Positions 22,520-34,922 of a stretch of 64,000 bases of DNA are shown here, piece by piece. How positions within the stretch are numbered: position 1 is the first letter of the stretch; each line of letters begins with the position of its first letter. A program made the translations under genes and the position numbers. The notes under the pieces were generated by a model. It was not told the origin of the DNA and ran no database searches. It was given only the letters and a program-made list of their open reading frames with translations. Origin of the DNA: Azolla caroliniana. Lineage: Eukaryota; Plantae; Polypodiophyta. Location: assembly GCA_043228905.1 (NCBI GenBank), contig JBHGNT010000004.1, forward strand, positions 17,856,001 to 17,920,000, written 5' to 3'.

Positions 22520-25500
22520 TGATAGGGTGTATAAGATAATAGATAGTTATACACTATATGAGGGCTTGACCAAACCGATTAGATGGAGTTGAAAATCATA
22601 ATATATTATATAGCTCTAGGTAATTATGATTGGAGAGTATAACTCAAGAAACTAAGAAAAAAGATAGAGAAAGCGAGCAAGAAATAAGAATGTTCTGATA
22701 TTCCAACATCAAGAGAATACAAAGGAGACAAACTCCACATTGAACTAAAACCAAAGACCTTCCTCTTCTAAGACACTTCCTCTTCCACAAAGACACTTCT
22801 TCCTAACACTCCTCATCCACTCTTTGGCCTTACTCTTCCCTCCCTTCACTCTTAGCCCCCCTTCACTCTTAGCCCCCCTTCTTAACCTATATCACTTCTT
22901 CTTTTATAACCTTCCTCTTCTTATCCACGTTCATGCTATTTTTAGAAGCTTTTTATCTCCCTATTTTTAGCTATGACATATCGACCTTCTAATCGTCATA
23001 TCTCCCTCATCCGAAATCCAAATTAAGCGATTTAAAAAGCTATAGAAAGCTCTTTTTACAAGCTTTCTAATCCATATTTAAACGTGATATTTGGATAAAC
23101 AACGAGGGAGTTATGACCATTCTATTTTTACTGTTTTTTATAGTCTGCGTTTTCTCTTTTTACTTTTCTCTTGGTCTCGTACTTTTACTTTTGACTTCTT
23201 CCCTAAGGTCTTAGTTCGTGTTCTTATCCTCAAAAGGTGAATTATCTATACTTTATATTCTCCTAATGTTCAATGGCTTAGATTCTAAAAACACTTTCAC
23301 ATTTAGCCCTCCCCCTTGTTAGAGGCTAAGCCATTTATGGCGAAGCACTTATTGGCAGTACTTAACAAACAAAAGCTCTCTCGCCAATCTCTTGGCTATA
23401 GACAATGAGAGAGATATAATAAAAAGAAACAAACTATGTGAGTAAAACCCCCGCTAGTCGGTAGGAAAAACCTCACACTCCTAGACACACCCACACACAC
23501 ATTGACAATTCCATCATCATCTTTCTCCTTGTCAACACAAAGAAAGAGGTTACCACAATCATTATGTCTTCGTTAACGCTCCAAAGACTAGTAGGGCCAT
23601 GGGATACATCACTCTTGATAGCAGTAAGCATGTCAACATATAAATGAATCTTTCGAGCGAGCGCACCTTTTGCACAAATACTTTCAAAGCTTCAAGACTT
23701 GTCGGAATTGTCATCTTTGTAATTATGTTAATCTTTGAATCATCCACATGAAATCCTTTTTGGCACAACATATTGTCCACACTACCTTGTTTTGTATAAA
23801 CAACCATTTTATCGACAATCTCATCTCGAGAAGGAAGTGAAAATTCATCTCGTTTGGTCGAATCATTCAAGGCTTTGAAATTGATCTCATTCTTCTTTGG
23901 AACCAAAACTATAGGTGACACACACCTCAAATCTTCCATCTTATAATTGGAACTTTCTTGTAACCATGCGTTGAACTCTTGCATAAATTCTTCCTTTTGT
24001 TCAACACTCAATTGCCGAAGCTTTGGGGAAATTGATACACTTTCCTTCAAGTTGATGTGGTATTTGTTGCAAGCTTCTCCTCTTATTCCAAAACACTTGA
24101 TGAACACATCCTCCACTATGCTTGTGCAATGCACCACTCCACTATCTACTACAACCACCCTTGTTGAAGATGACCTACTAATAGGAATTCCTACTTTGTT
24201 TACTACAAATTCAGAAATCAAGCTTACCCTAGCACCACTATCACCCAAGGCATCTTTGATGTGAACCCCTTTGATGGAGACAGGGATGATTGGACGTATG
24301 TCCTTTCGATCTTCTACTCGCATGATCCCCACGTAATGCACGGTCTTTTGACTTTGGCAAATACTCACAAGCCTCCCCCACTCATTTTGTAATGTGGATG
24401 ATAATTGGAGAAGTTGCGGCCATGTTATCCTTGGTCCACTCGATATCAATTCATGCTTCCGATTGAAAGATTCTACACCTTCTCCCATAGGAATATCCTC
24501 CATCTTTATCTTCCTTCTAGAGTGTCTCCTTCTCAATTTGTCCTCTTTCTCATTCTCCTTAGACTTCTTCTTTTGTCTTGAGTCACTAGATTCTCCTTCA
24601 ACTTCTTTCTCCTTTTGCGAGGCTCTTGTCCTTTTCACAAGAGCTACTTCACAAGCACTATCACTATCATCAATAAAATTAAGAAGATTCACATTATGAG
24701 GAATTGTAGGAACCTGAGTCATTGGAAGTGTTATGGATTCGCCTCCTTCGACTCCATTGTTGATAGGTCGTTGTCCATTCCGTTGCACTTCATACATGTC
24801 TCTTTCCATACCTCTTTGTTGTCGATGAGGACATCTTGTTGAGTGTCCCTCCTCTTGACAAGAATAACAAATTACACCTTGATGCCCTCTAGAGCCACCA
24901 CCATCGGGAATAGTGTTGCGAATTGCTTGGGATTGTTGCAAGTGGGCCATCACTTCATCAAAGCGCCGATTCACCAACGCCATTGTATCTTGTTCACTCT
25001 TCACTTGTTCCACTTCTTGAGATATACTTGTTGGGTTTATTGTTGTGGTGGTATACACATTTGGAAACACTTGTCCACCATGCACAATTGAAGATAAGGC
25101 TTGAAAGTTGGCACGAGGCATCAAATTTGCACCCAAAGCCGTCATTTGGGGATCCCCCATGGAACTCATCATCTTCACTTGTCGATCATAATCTTGACAA
25201 ACTTGGAGAAGAGCTTGAAAAGTCGTTGGATCCTTCAAGCTTGCCTCCAAACGGAAATGCATATCAAGGCCCACCTTAAATTGTTCTATCTTAAACCACT
25301 CGTCTTCGGTGCCACCACGAAGACGAATCCACGTCGTCCACAATTCTTGGAAATTTCGTTCATACTCTAAAAAACCAAAAGGTGATTCCATCTTTAGTTG
25401 AAAAAGCTCCTCCCTTACCTCAGTTGCACTTTTCCATTGAATATATCTTGTACGAAATTGATGCACCAATAATTGATATTCTCCTTGTTCATTTTGCGGA

Positions 25501-26530
25501 AGAGAGTCATACCAATCTCGAGCACGACCATAGAATGTAGCTACCAACAAGGGCAACTTTTCGTTGTCGGTGATGCGTCCAATAGATATGGCATGATGCT
25601 CAAAGCATGCCAAAAAGGCACCAGCATCTTGTGTTCTTTCACCCGAAAATGCAAATTGCATAGCTAAGTTAATGTAATATAGTAACACAATTAAATGATA
25701 ACTTCTCTTCCTATACGGAAAGGATCGGCCCTCCCTGGAGCGCCAAAATGATAGGGTGTATAAGATAATAGATAGTTATACACTATATGAGGGCTTGACC
25801 AAACCGATTAGATGGAGTTGAAAATCATAATATATTATATAGCTCTAGGTAATTATGATTGGAGAGTATAACTCAAGAAACTAAGAAAAAAGATAGAGAA
25901 AGCGAGCAAGAAATAAGAATGTTCTGATATTCCAACATCAAGAGAATACAAAGGAGACAAACTCCACATTGAACTAAAACCAAAGACCTTCCTCTTCTAA
26001 GACACTTCCTCTTCCACAAAGACACTTCTTCCTAACACTCCTCATCCACTCTTTGGCCTTACTCTTCCCTCCCTTCACTCTTAGCCCCCCTTCACTCTTA
26101 GCCCCCCTTCTTAACCTATATCACTTCTTCTTTTATAACCTTCCTCTTCTTATCCACGTTCATGCTATTTTTAGAAGCTTTTTATCTCCCTATTTTTAGC
26201 TATGACATATCGACCTTCTAATCGTCATATCTCCCTCATCCGAAATCCAAATTAAGCGATTTAAAAAGCTATAGAAAGCTCTTTTTACAAGCTTTCTAAT
26301 CCATATTTAAACGTGATATTTGGATAAACAACGAGGGAGTTATGACCATTCTATTTTTACTGTTTTTTATAGTCTGCGTTTTCTCTTTTTACTTTTCTCT
26401 TGGTCTCGTACTTTTACTTTTGACTTCTTCCCTAAGGTCTTAGTTCGTGTTCTTATCCTCAAAAGGTGAATTATCTATACTTTATATTCTCCTAATGTTC
26501 AATGGCTTAGATTCTAAAAACACTTTCACA
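22520..26530 (-). mobile_element. Young non-autonomous gypsy-derived element D (gag-protease, TR-GAG-like)
   Basis: 782-bp LTRs 22520-23301 and 25749-26530 with no difference seen by eye; TSD CGAAG; PBS TGGCGCTCCAGGGAGGG (25729-25745, possibly tRNA-Asn); PPT AACAAGGGGGAGGG next to 23302. Confidence 0.95.
23562..25688 (-). CDS. gag: Gag-protease polyprotein with a vestigial RT tail (element D)
   Basis: 708 open codons: retrotransposon gag (FYGRARDWYDSL), CYSCQEEGH knuckle, protease DSGA and RT remnants (SPIVLVPKKN...NFKALN). No YxDD, RNase H or integrase. Confidence 0.9.
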   Translation of the reverse strand: MLLYYINLAMQFAFSGERTQDAGAFLACFEHHAISIGRITDNEKLPLLVATFYGRARDWYDSLPQNEQGEYQLLVHQFRTRYIQWKSATEVREELFQLKMESPFGFLEYERNFQELWTTWIRLRGGTEDEWFKIEQFKVGLDMHFRLEASLKDPTTFQALLQVCQDYDRQVKMMSSMGDPQMTALGANLMPRANFQALSSIVHGGQVFPNVYTTTTINPTSISQEVEQVKSEQDTMALVNRRFDEVMAHLQQSQAIRNTIPDGGGSRGHQGVICYSCQEEGHSTRCPHRQQRGMERDMYEVQRNGQRPINNGVEGGESITLPMTQVPTIPHNVNLLNFIDDSDSACEVALVKRTRASQKEKEVEGESSDSRQKKKSKENEKEDKLRRRHSRRKIKMEDIPMGEGVESFNRKHELISSGPRITWPQLLQLSSTLQNEWGRLVSICQSQKTVHYVGIMRVEDRKDIRPIIPVSIKGVHIKDALGDSGARVSLISEFVVNKVGIPISRSSSTRVVVVDSGVVHCTSIVEDVFIKCFGIRGEACNKYHINLKESVSISPKLRQLSVEQKEEFMQEFNAWLQESSNYKMEDLRCVSPIVLVPKKNEINFKALNDSTKRDEFSLPSRDEIVDKMVVYTKQGSVDNMLCQKGFHVDDSKINIITKMTIPTSLEALKVFVQKVRSLERFIYMLTCLLLSRVMYPMALLVFGALTKT

Positions 26531-26535
26531 CGAAG

Positions 26536-29500
26536 GTCTCGTCGTAGTCGATTCTATGGGTCTGTCTATATCCCTTCACTACTAACCAGGGCTTGTACCG
26601 GTTAACCGAACCATCGGCATTCTACTTTACTTTGTACACCCATTTGCAACAGATCAGTTTACAGTGTCGGGGAGGGTCAACGAGGTCCCATGTGTCATTG
26701 GAATCTAGTGCCCGCATTTCTTCTTCCATAGCGGCACGCCAATTTGCATCCTTTGCCGCTTCTACGTAGCTCTCCGGCTCACGCACTTCTGCCACCTTAG
26801 TCATGAACTCATAAAGATGCGCCATGTACTCATTCTACCCGTACTGCGTAACGAGGTTCTTCAGGTGGGAAGACCGGCATAACTTGGTATTACCCGGTTT
26901 GGGGCCCTTCTTGGCCAGGTCGGATTTCATTCACGAAGATCCACCTTCATCCTTTCCGGAGTTGGATTCACTCCGATCCGACTCAACGTTGCCGGTTTCG
27001 TATTCCGGCATCTTCTTCTTCCCCTTCTCTTTTCGTGTGAACCGTCTCCTCGGTTCCTTGCGCGGGGAGAGCACAACAGAGTCTCCACTACTCGTTGGTT
27101 CCTCATCCGACTGGTCATCCCGACTCAACCGCTCATTCGGTCCACTTAGCCGGAATGAGATCGGACTCTCTTCTAGAGTGCCGAAGTCTTCATCTTCTAG
27201 CTAGATCTCCTCAGGCTCACTCGCCTCATCTTCTGGAATCGGGTCTTCATCGGGAGTTGGAGTCGGTAAGGAGTACCATGATGCCATCTCATCAAACTCG
27301 GCATCTTGATTTACTCAAACCTGCTTAGTACGGGGGTTATAGCACTTATACCCCTTTTGCTCATGCGAGTAACCGACTAGAATGCACTTCTCCGACTTCG
27401 GATCTAGCTTCCTCTGCTTCTCATCCAGTACATGCACATATGCTATGCTATCGAATATCCGAAGGTGTCTCAAATTCGGCTTTCGCCCGAAATACAGCTC
27501 ACGTGCTAACACCTTGTCACCGATCCGGATTTGGATGTAGACGGCCGTCTGGACCGCCTCGACCCAATAGAATGGGGCATGCTCTTCTCCTCCAGCATTG
27601 CCCTTGCCGCGTCAACAATCGACCGGTTCTTCCTTTCGGCCACACCGTTTTGCTCTGGTGTGTACCTACAGCTGAATTCTCTCCGAATTCCATTCTGCTG
27701 CAGATAACTATTGAATTGGCCAGAAAAGTATTCTTTCCCGCCATCCGACCACATGCAGTTGATCTTCGTCTCCATTTCCCGTTCAACCAAGCTTTGAAGG
27801 TTCCGGAAACACTCGAAGACTTTGCTCTTCCTCTCAACGAGGTAGTCCCACGTGTGCGGACTGTAGTTGTCGATGAAGGAGACGAAATACCGACTCTTGC
27901 CAAGAATAACATTTTGTGCCAGTCCCATACATCAGAATGGATTAAATCAAGCTTGTTATGACTCCGGTTTCGATCGGTGGGGAATGGAAGCCGGTGTTGC
28001 TTCCCGAGTTGGCAGGCTTCACAAATTTCGGCCTTCCGGCCACTAAATTTCAGTAAACCGAAAATGACTTGTTTCGATTGCAGGTCTTGAAGCCTCCGAT
28101 AATTGACGTGGCCGATCCGCTTGTGCCACAGGTCAATGTCCGATTCGACCTCTCTACACCCTTGCGCAATTATATGGCCCTCTTCCTCGATGAAGCACCC
28201 GAGGTGCGTAAACCGCACCTCCATCCCCTGGTCGATGATTTGTCCAACCAACACCAGGTTCTTTGTGATAGTCGGAACGTGTAATATGTTCATCAACTTC
28301 CCCTTTTGTCCGACATGGCTTAAAGGGACTTCTCCGACATGCACGATCGGGTGAGGGGTGTCGTCTCCGATTTCGACAATCCCCGGTTGTCCCGATTTCT
28401 CCAAAAAGGAGAACCTCTCTTCATGGCTCGTCATGTGGTTGGACACTCCGGAATCAACGTACCATACTTCCTCCAATCCAGAAGTAGTCTTCTTCATCGA
28501 GTTAGCCTTGTGTTTCATCATGAAGGTTGGCCCTTTACCAGTTTTCCCGGTTCCGGATCCTTCCGATCCTTCCGCGTAGTGCGAGCTTTGCCGGTTCTCC
28601 CGACCGGTTTTGCCGGATCCAGATTTGTCCGAATCGGCGCACTTCTTCCAGCACTCGCTTTCCCTGTGGCCCTTTTTGCCACAATACCAGCATTCTGTGT
28701 CGGCCTTTCCTTGCCGGCTCCCGGCACCACTTTGACTCCCCCTGCTTGTGCAGGGTTCGGAACTGCTCGCGGCACCTCCTCTGTGCCTCCGGTCCTGATC
28801 TTGTCGGCCACCTCCATTGCGTGCTGACCCACCTCATCCACCACATCCATGGGGCCGATTTGTCTCCGTGTACAACATCCGGCCGTCCGATTGAGTGGTC
28901 CTTGACCCACTCGCGTGGTTTTCTTCGACCATCAACATTGATTGCAAGTCGAAGAAAGATGGTGGTTTCTCCCGGGTGCAAATCACTGTCCGGATTGGCC
29001 CGTACCTTTGCGCTAGACCACCGAGGCAAATTTGCACCATCTCTTCTTCGTCCACCGTCACGTTGATGGACCTGAGTGCGTCGCAAATCTCCTTTATCTT
29101 GGTGGTGTAGTCCGTAACCGACATGTCTCTTTGCCGGATGTTCAGCTCTTGCCAGAGCTGCAATTTACGAGCTATGGTACTTGCGGTGAAAATCTTCCTT
29201 AGATTTTCCCATGCCTCCTTCGGTGTCTTTGCATCCTTGATGTAGTTGAGCATTTGATCATGCACACCGGACGTGAGACAGTACAGTACCCGCATCGCTC
29301 TCGCTCGTCGGAACCTCAAGTTCGTCGGAAGCCTGGTTTTGGTGTCTCAGGATATCGTTTCGTTAATTATCCCCAAGCCAAGCAAGGGGTTGAGTTGAGT
29401 AATCGGCTTTCATCCACGTCAATCCACTTCTTTTCTTTTCTTGTTGGGCCGCGTCGCAATTGTCTAGCTTTTGCGTTTAGTTTTTTTTTTCACTCTCGAA

Positions 29501-29893
29501 CGGTTACGATGAACCGGTGCATATGGCCAGAGAACCAACCTTTGGTTTGAGATGGATTCGGCCTTCCCTTACGTCATGTTCATGACCTGGTATCTTTCCC
29601 TTGAAGGTTGGTCATCTCAGCCTCACTTTTGAGAATCGTTACTAATGAGCTTTCTTTATTGTAAACTACTCTTATTGGTTTGTTCCGGGCTTAGTCAATT
29701 TTGCTTCCTTAGCTTGTTGCTCCCATATCAAGAAGTCTTTGTCTGACGGCTCCGGTGCTACTCCATTTGTTCCTTCCACGAAGCTCCAATATCCATGCCC
29801 CAGCAGGTACTGGTGCATTTTATATGACCAGGACACATAGTTGCTCCGATCGAGCTTCTCTGTTGGAAGTGAACTCGCCATTCCTCTGTCCAT
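26536..29893 (-). pseudogene. gag-pol: Copia B gag, PR, IN and RT N-terminus (disrupted)
   Basis: MDRGMASSLPTEKLDRSNY, WYVDSGVSNHM, LWHKRIGH, PEQNGVAERKN and WRAAMEEEM motifs; collinear with J. A further RT piece lies at 22366-22519. Confidence 0.92.
29300..29711. other. 412-bp foreign insert in copia B gag, origin unknown (possibly organellar)
   Basis: Removing it restores WEQQAMRVLYC; flanked by duplicated GCT; no terminal repeats. Confidence 0.7.
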
Positions 29894-29987
29894 ATCTTCT
29901 CTCTATTTGTTGTTACCGGGTTCTAGGGTTCATCTACGGAAGCAAATGTCGGCTGCAGAGGTTCTCAACCCTCGCGCTCTAATACCA

Positions 29988-30446
29988 CGTGAATGTTAAT
30001 GTGCAGAAGCGTCAGACAGAACTGGCTCAACCGGACAGCAATAGAAAATGAGATGAAGGTTTAATGGAAGAGCTTAAAACACATAGTATATACGGGAGAG
30101 ACAGAGAGAGCAGAACATAAAACTACATTTAAAAAAAATTAACTCTAAAACTCTGCACATACAACGTGCTAAACATCACTATTTATACAAGTCCATAAAG
30201 GACTGACGGAAGTACTGACAGGTACTTCAATACTCACACATGTGACTGACACTAACTACGAGACAATGATTACCTATTAGTCTAGGCTACTACTAGGCTT
30301 CCTATTCCCGCTCGAATCCGGCTCTCCAATTTGGCCGGTTGTTTCCAGATACCATCCGGGTAACAATCCGGCTCATCCTTCTGGATGTCGATCCAGCTCA
30401 GGCTTATTCAGCTGATCTGGATCTGGTTGAGCTTGCTCGCTCAACA
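29988..30446 (-). repeat. 5' LTR of copia B
   Basis: Direct repeat of 2412-2853, adjacent to the PBS. Confidence 0.95.
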
Positions 30447-31183
30447 ATATCGAGATCATGAGGAGCTGGAAAAGGAGTTCGACCAACAACTGGAGAAGTT
30501 CAAGAAGGCACAGGCAGAAGTAAAGGAGAAGGCCGAATCGTTGATGCAGCAAGAAATTTTTTTTGAGGAAACAAAGGAGAAGATGAGAAAAGAGGCAGAA
30601 AAGGAGAAGGATAAGTTGTTGGAGGACCGGGACCGGATGCTGGAACAATCCAAAGAGGTGATGATAAAGGTACAGACCATGTATCAAACTCAATTGGTAG
30701 CATATGAGGTCCAACCAACAATAGCATCACAGCAGATTAATCGGCTAAAACAGGAAAAACAGACCATGGAAGAGAAGATGAAGATGGGAATCAAATGAGT
30801 CCAATAATTGTAGCCAACCTGCGAAAATGGCTGAAGGAGAAACTTGAGGAATGTTCTATCGCAATATGCAAGGAATGGTCGGGCAAGCAGCAAAACTGCA
30901 AGTATTCCATGTGGATGCAGATCATTTTTACAAGATGGATGAAGAAAGTATAATCACAATGCGGGAGGAATTATCGGAAGATTTTCAAGATATGGCTCAA
31001 GTTCAAACTGATGAAATACGAAAAATCTTGGAAGAGTCTGAGGATGATCAACTGCACTTAACATTGGAGTTGGAAGCTTACAGGTGGGAGAGAGTTCTGC
31101 TAACAAAACAACAAATTAGGGAGAACCATGTTGAACGGATAAATATTATTGATAAGGAAAGACCAGAGGTGGAGCCAAAATAG
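30447..31183 (+). pseudogene. Coiled-coil extra ORF of CC-1 (fragmented)
   Basis: ORFs 30385-30798 and 30851-31183; VQTMYQTQLVAY and FYKMDEESIITMREELSEDF match K (LQNTYQTQLSHY, YMLTKEDFTAVREELAEDF) and C. Confidence 0.8.
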
Positions 31184-34100
31184 ACACGCATGGAATAGCC
31201 GGAGAAACAGGTGTGGAGTCTAAGACCGTCAATGCGGAAACAAGAACAACATCTATGCTTAGAAGATCACCATGTTAGCATGGTAGAGTAAGATCTAGAA
31301 GAGAACGTGAGAGAGAGAGAGAGAGATGACAATAGCACACAATATGTAACTGTATTATTTGAACTCAAAATTACAATAGAATGGACACAACAACCCCATT
31401 TGGAGCTAGGTTACAAAGCTCGTTATATACTAACTAGGCTAGGGTAACTACCCTTTGACATATTTACATAATTGTCCTAAACCTAGTCTATCCAGGGGAT
31501 AGTGTGAATACGACCATTAGAGATCCATATTCGACACTTCCCCGTAATGGGCGTATACACTAAGGAGAGACCTTCAATATAAAACAGAAGGTATAGGTTA
31601 TACAAAGAGATGCTATGATAGATCGACTTGTAGTTATCTCGAGGACAAAAGGACAAAGGCCGAATCAGTTGGTTTGAGTGCTCGAAACTATCTCTATTGT
31701 CCGAATTGATTGGATTGATTACTTCTTAAGCCCATCTAGTGCCGAAGTGACCAAAATCGGTCAGCTGCGAGACACTTGGTCATCTTGTCTTATATGTTGT
31801 CGTTCGTGGACATCTTCTCAAGTCCGATTTTCCTTGAAATTACATAGTCCTGAACAAAGTGATACCAAATGCCGATATGCTTGGAGGCATTCTGATGAAC
31901 CAAATTCTTCGACAGAGCAACAACACCTTGGTTGTTGCTATAGACAACTAAAGCCAAATTGGGGTCGGCTTGTCGAAACATACACGCTAGCCAACCAAGC
32001 CATAGAGCCTCTTTCGCTGCATTGGATGCAGCTATGTATTCTGCCTCATTCATTGAAGTGGTCGTGACCTCTTGAAGTTTCAACTTCCATGAAATTGCCC
32101 CATTGCCGAATTTGAAGCAGTATCTGGTTGTTGACTTTTGACTGTCCACACAGCTGACAAAGTCCAAGTTGGTGTAACCTACTACGTTGGGTTCTTGTTT
32201 AGACGAAAGAGGATACCAAGGTCTTGTCTGCCCACCAAGTATCTGAATACATGCTTGACTACATTCCAATGCGATCGGCCTGCATTGTGCATGAATATGT
32301 TGACGACTCCAACAACATGAGCAATCTCAGGACGTGTCACGACCATAGCGTACATCAAGGAGCCGACTATCGGTGCATATGGTACGGACTTCATATCTTC
32401 CCCCTCCGGATTGGAAGTAGGGCAGTCTCGTTGAGAAAGCCAAAGATTGTTGGGAAACAAGGTCCCTCCAGATGGGAAGAAGAACATGAGCTAGATCAGT
32501 TGGATCCAAAAGAGAAGAAGTTTGTTGGGATTGAAGCTGGCCACAACCGGTTAACACACTAGCATATGTGGGAACAAAGATTCAAACTGACAGAATTTAG
32601 AAAAAACACAAAACAGAGACAAGGTATTTTAATGTGGAAAGCCCTAATAGGGAAAAACCACGAGGTTCCACAAACCCTGAACTAGTCACTATATGAGAGG
32701 AATAACAAAGAACTCTCCGACAACAACCTCGAGCTCATCTTCTTCGCTTGAAGGCGGGTACAACAAAGTTGTAGCAACACACTCTCTCTCACACACGCTA
32801 TGTAGTTACTCACAATGAGCAAAAACTCATAAAGTTTAGCCCTAGTTATATTTATACTTATATAACTTTGGGTTTATTTCCAAATCTGGCCCAAGTAGGC
32901 ACAACAGAAACATATTTGCATATGTATCCTTTCTGGATGCCTATCTTTCCTCAATCCAAACTAGATTCGGATACAGATCTAGGTCTGGTCTTTCTTCCCA
33001 ATTGGATCTAGCTTGTGTTCTTCTTCCCATCTAGAGGGACCTTGTTTCCCAACAAACTCCCCCTTCATTTCGGCATGCTTCCAGCTTCTCTTCTAACAAC
33101 ACCTTCGTCAACATGTCGAACCCATTCTCCGTTGTGTGAATCTTCATCAAAGCAAACTCCTTTTCTTCGACCCGCTCCTAGAGCCAATGGTATCTCCTAT
33201 GAATATGCTTGGTCCTCGGGTGGTAGGTGGCATTCTTTGCAAGGTGGATGGCACTTTGATTGTCACAGTAGAGTCAAAATTCCTCTTGCCGAATCTTCTA
33301 TTCTCTTATGAACTCTGTCATTCAAATTATCTTCTTTTCGGCTTCTACAGTTGCCATATACTCTACTTCTGTGGTCAACAACTGAACAACCTTCTGTAGC
33401 CTCGACTACCACGAGATGTCGCCCCTGGCATAAGTCATTACATACCCTGACGTGGACCGACTGGTGTTAACATCAGCCGACATGTCGGAGTCAGTAAAAT
33501 CTTCTAGTAAGGGGTTACCTAAGTCTAATCGGAGGCACATCCTCGAGGTGCCTTTCAGGTACCGAAGTATCCACTTCACTACTGCCCAATGCTCTCTGTC
33601 CGGATTGCTCATGAATCGACTGACAACTCGGACTGCATATCCGATGTCCGGGTTGGTGCAAACCATCACGTACATAAGGCTTTCGACTACTGATGCATAG
33701 GGTAGCTTCATCATGTCAGCCTTTTCTACCTTTCTCTTTGGACTTTGTCTCTCGGACAACTTGCTATTTGTCAACAATGTTGACCCGACCGGCTTCGCGT
33801 TTTGCATGCTGAATCTCTGGAGTACTTGTGTCACATACTTTTCTTGTGACAAACATAATGGTCTCTTTGTCCGATCTAGAACAATGTGCATCCAAGGATC
33901 TACCTTGCCGGACCCATATCCTTCATTGAGAATGACCTGCCCAAGGCCTTCTTCAGCATTCCGATCTTCATACAGTCATGTCCAACAATCAACATATGGT
34001 CTACATACATCAGGAGGATTAGGAAGTCTCCTCCATCGAACTTCTTCACAAAGACGATGTCGTGCCTTTCGGCTCCGGATCGTTGCGTGAGTCGGGTGGG

Positions 34101-34474
34101 AACCACTGAGGTTTTGGACAAGGAGAAAGAAGAATACAATATAAGGCTAGTTATGGATAGGTAGAAAGAGAAGTAAGAAATAAAACTTGTGAATCCCACG
34201 TTTTTAGTGTATTTAATCAATATTTAGATTGTAAGAAAGAGATTTTTTATGATAAACTCGTGAATCCCACGAATATATTAGATTGATCAATCCTTGTAAA
34301 AAAATCAACAACCTTATACATATTTCTCTCCTCCTTATATAAGGATGGGAGAGGCTAAGCATGGCTTCTTGCTTTCCCTAAAAGTGTTCATGCACACTAG
34401 ATGTGCATGAATAATATTTTATTGGTTTACATTTTTCTTATAAATAAAGTATTCACATACTCTAAAAATGCATG

Positions 34475-34786
34475 ACTATTTAGGATGCAGAGGGACATTA
34501 TAAGGAGGCTACCGAAAAGCTTCAGAAGGCCCGAACCCGTCTGCAACAAGCCAAAGTAAAGGCAGATGAAATTCACATAATTGGACTTGCACAATTGGAC
34601 AAGGAACAACGAGATCTCGTTGATGCAGCTAATGAAGATCCAAAGAGATTAGAAGACAGTAAAAACTATACAATTCGTTTTGAGAAACAACGAGCAATTG
34701 AGCAGGTTCGACAACAAGTTTCTCGACTTGCATCAGAGAGGGCGCTAGAAAGTCCGAATAATCATTCGGATAATGAATTGCATCTA
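34475..34786 (+). pseudogene. atpF: Nuclear plastid DNA fragment: atpF (CF0 subunit b), C-terminal half
   Basis: Translates to [30 protein letters not shown]...[33 protein letters not shown]...NELHL, recognisable plastid AtpF. Confidence 0.9.
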
Positions 34787-34896
34787 TGGTGCCTAAAAAG
34801 TGATGAGTTATAAGATTCAACTTGTCGGGACGCTATGATTACCATAGAACTCCAATTCCGAAACGAAAATGTTTTGTGACATTTTTTTTAAAGTGC

Positions 34897-34922
34897 GGGT
34901 CGATGCTCGAGTGGTTAATGGG
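34897..34922 (+). pseudogene. trnY: 5' fragment of plastid trnY-GUA
   Basis: GGGTCGATGCTCGAGTGGTTAATGGG matches the 5' end of plastid tRNA-Tyr; truncated before the anticodon arm. Confidence 0.75.

Larger units (their letters stand above)
2412..30446 (-). mobile_element. Ty1/copia element B (same family as J), degenerate and expanded to 28 kb by nested insertions
   Basis: LTRs 2412-2853 and 29988-30446; TSD ATATC (2407-2411, 30447-30451); PBS TGGTATTAGAGC (Met-i-like) next to 29987; PPT TTGAGGGGGAG next to 2854. Confidence 0.95.

Noticed and set aside
30385-31183. Host myosin/SMC-like coiled-coil gene
   Set aside because: It is homologous to ORFs inside LTR elements C and K, contains stops and frameshifts, and its apparent N-terminus is borrowed from the copia B LTR.
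34595-34813. Functional nuclear atpF, rpl32 or trnY genes
   Set aside because: These are only short fragments with no transit peptide, complete ORF or full cloverleaf, and they sit inside a retroelement.
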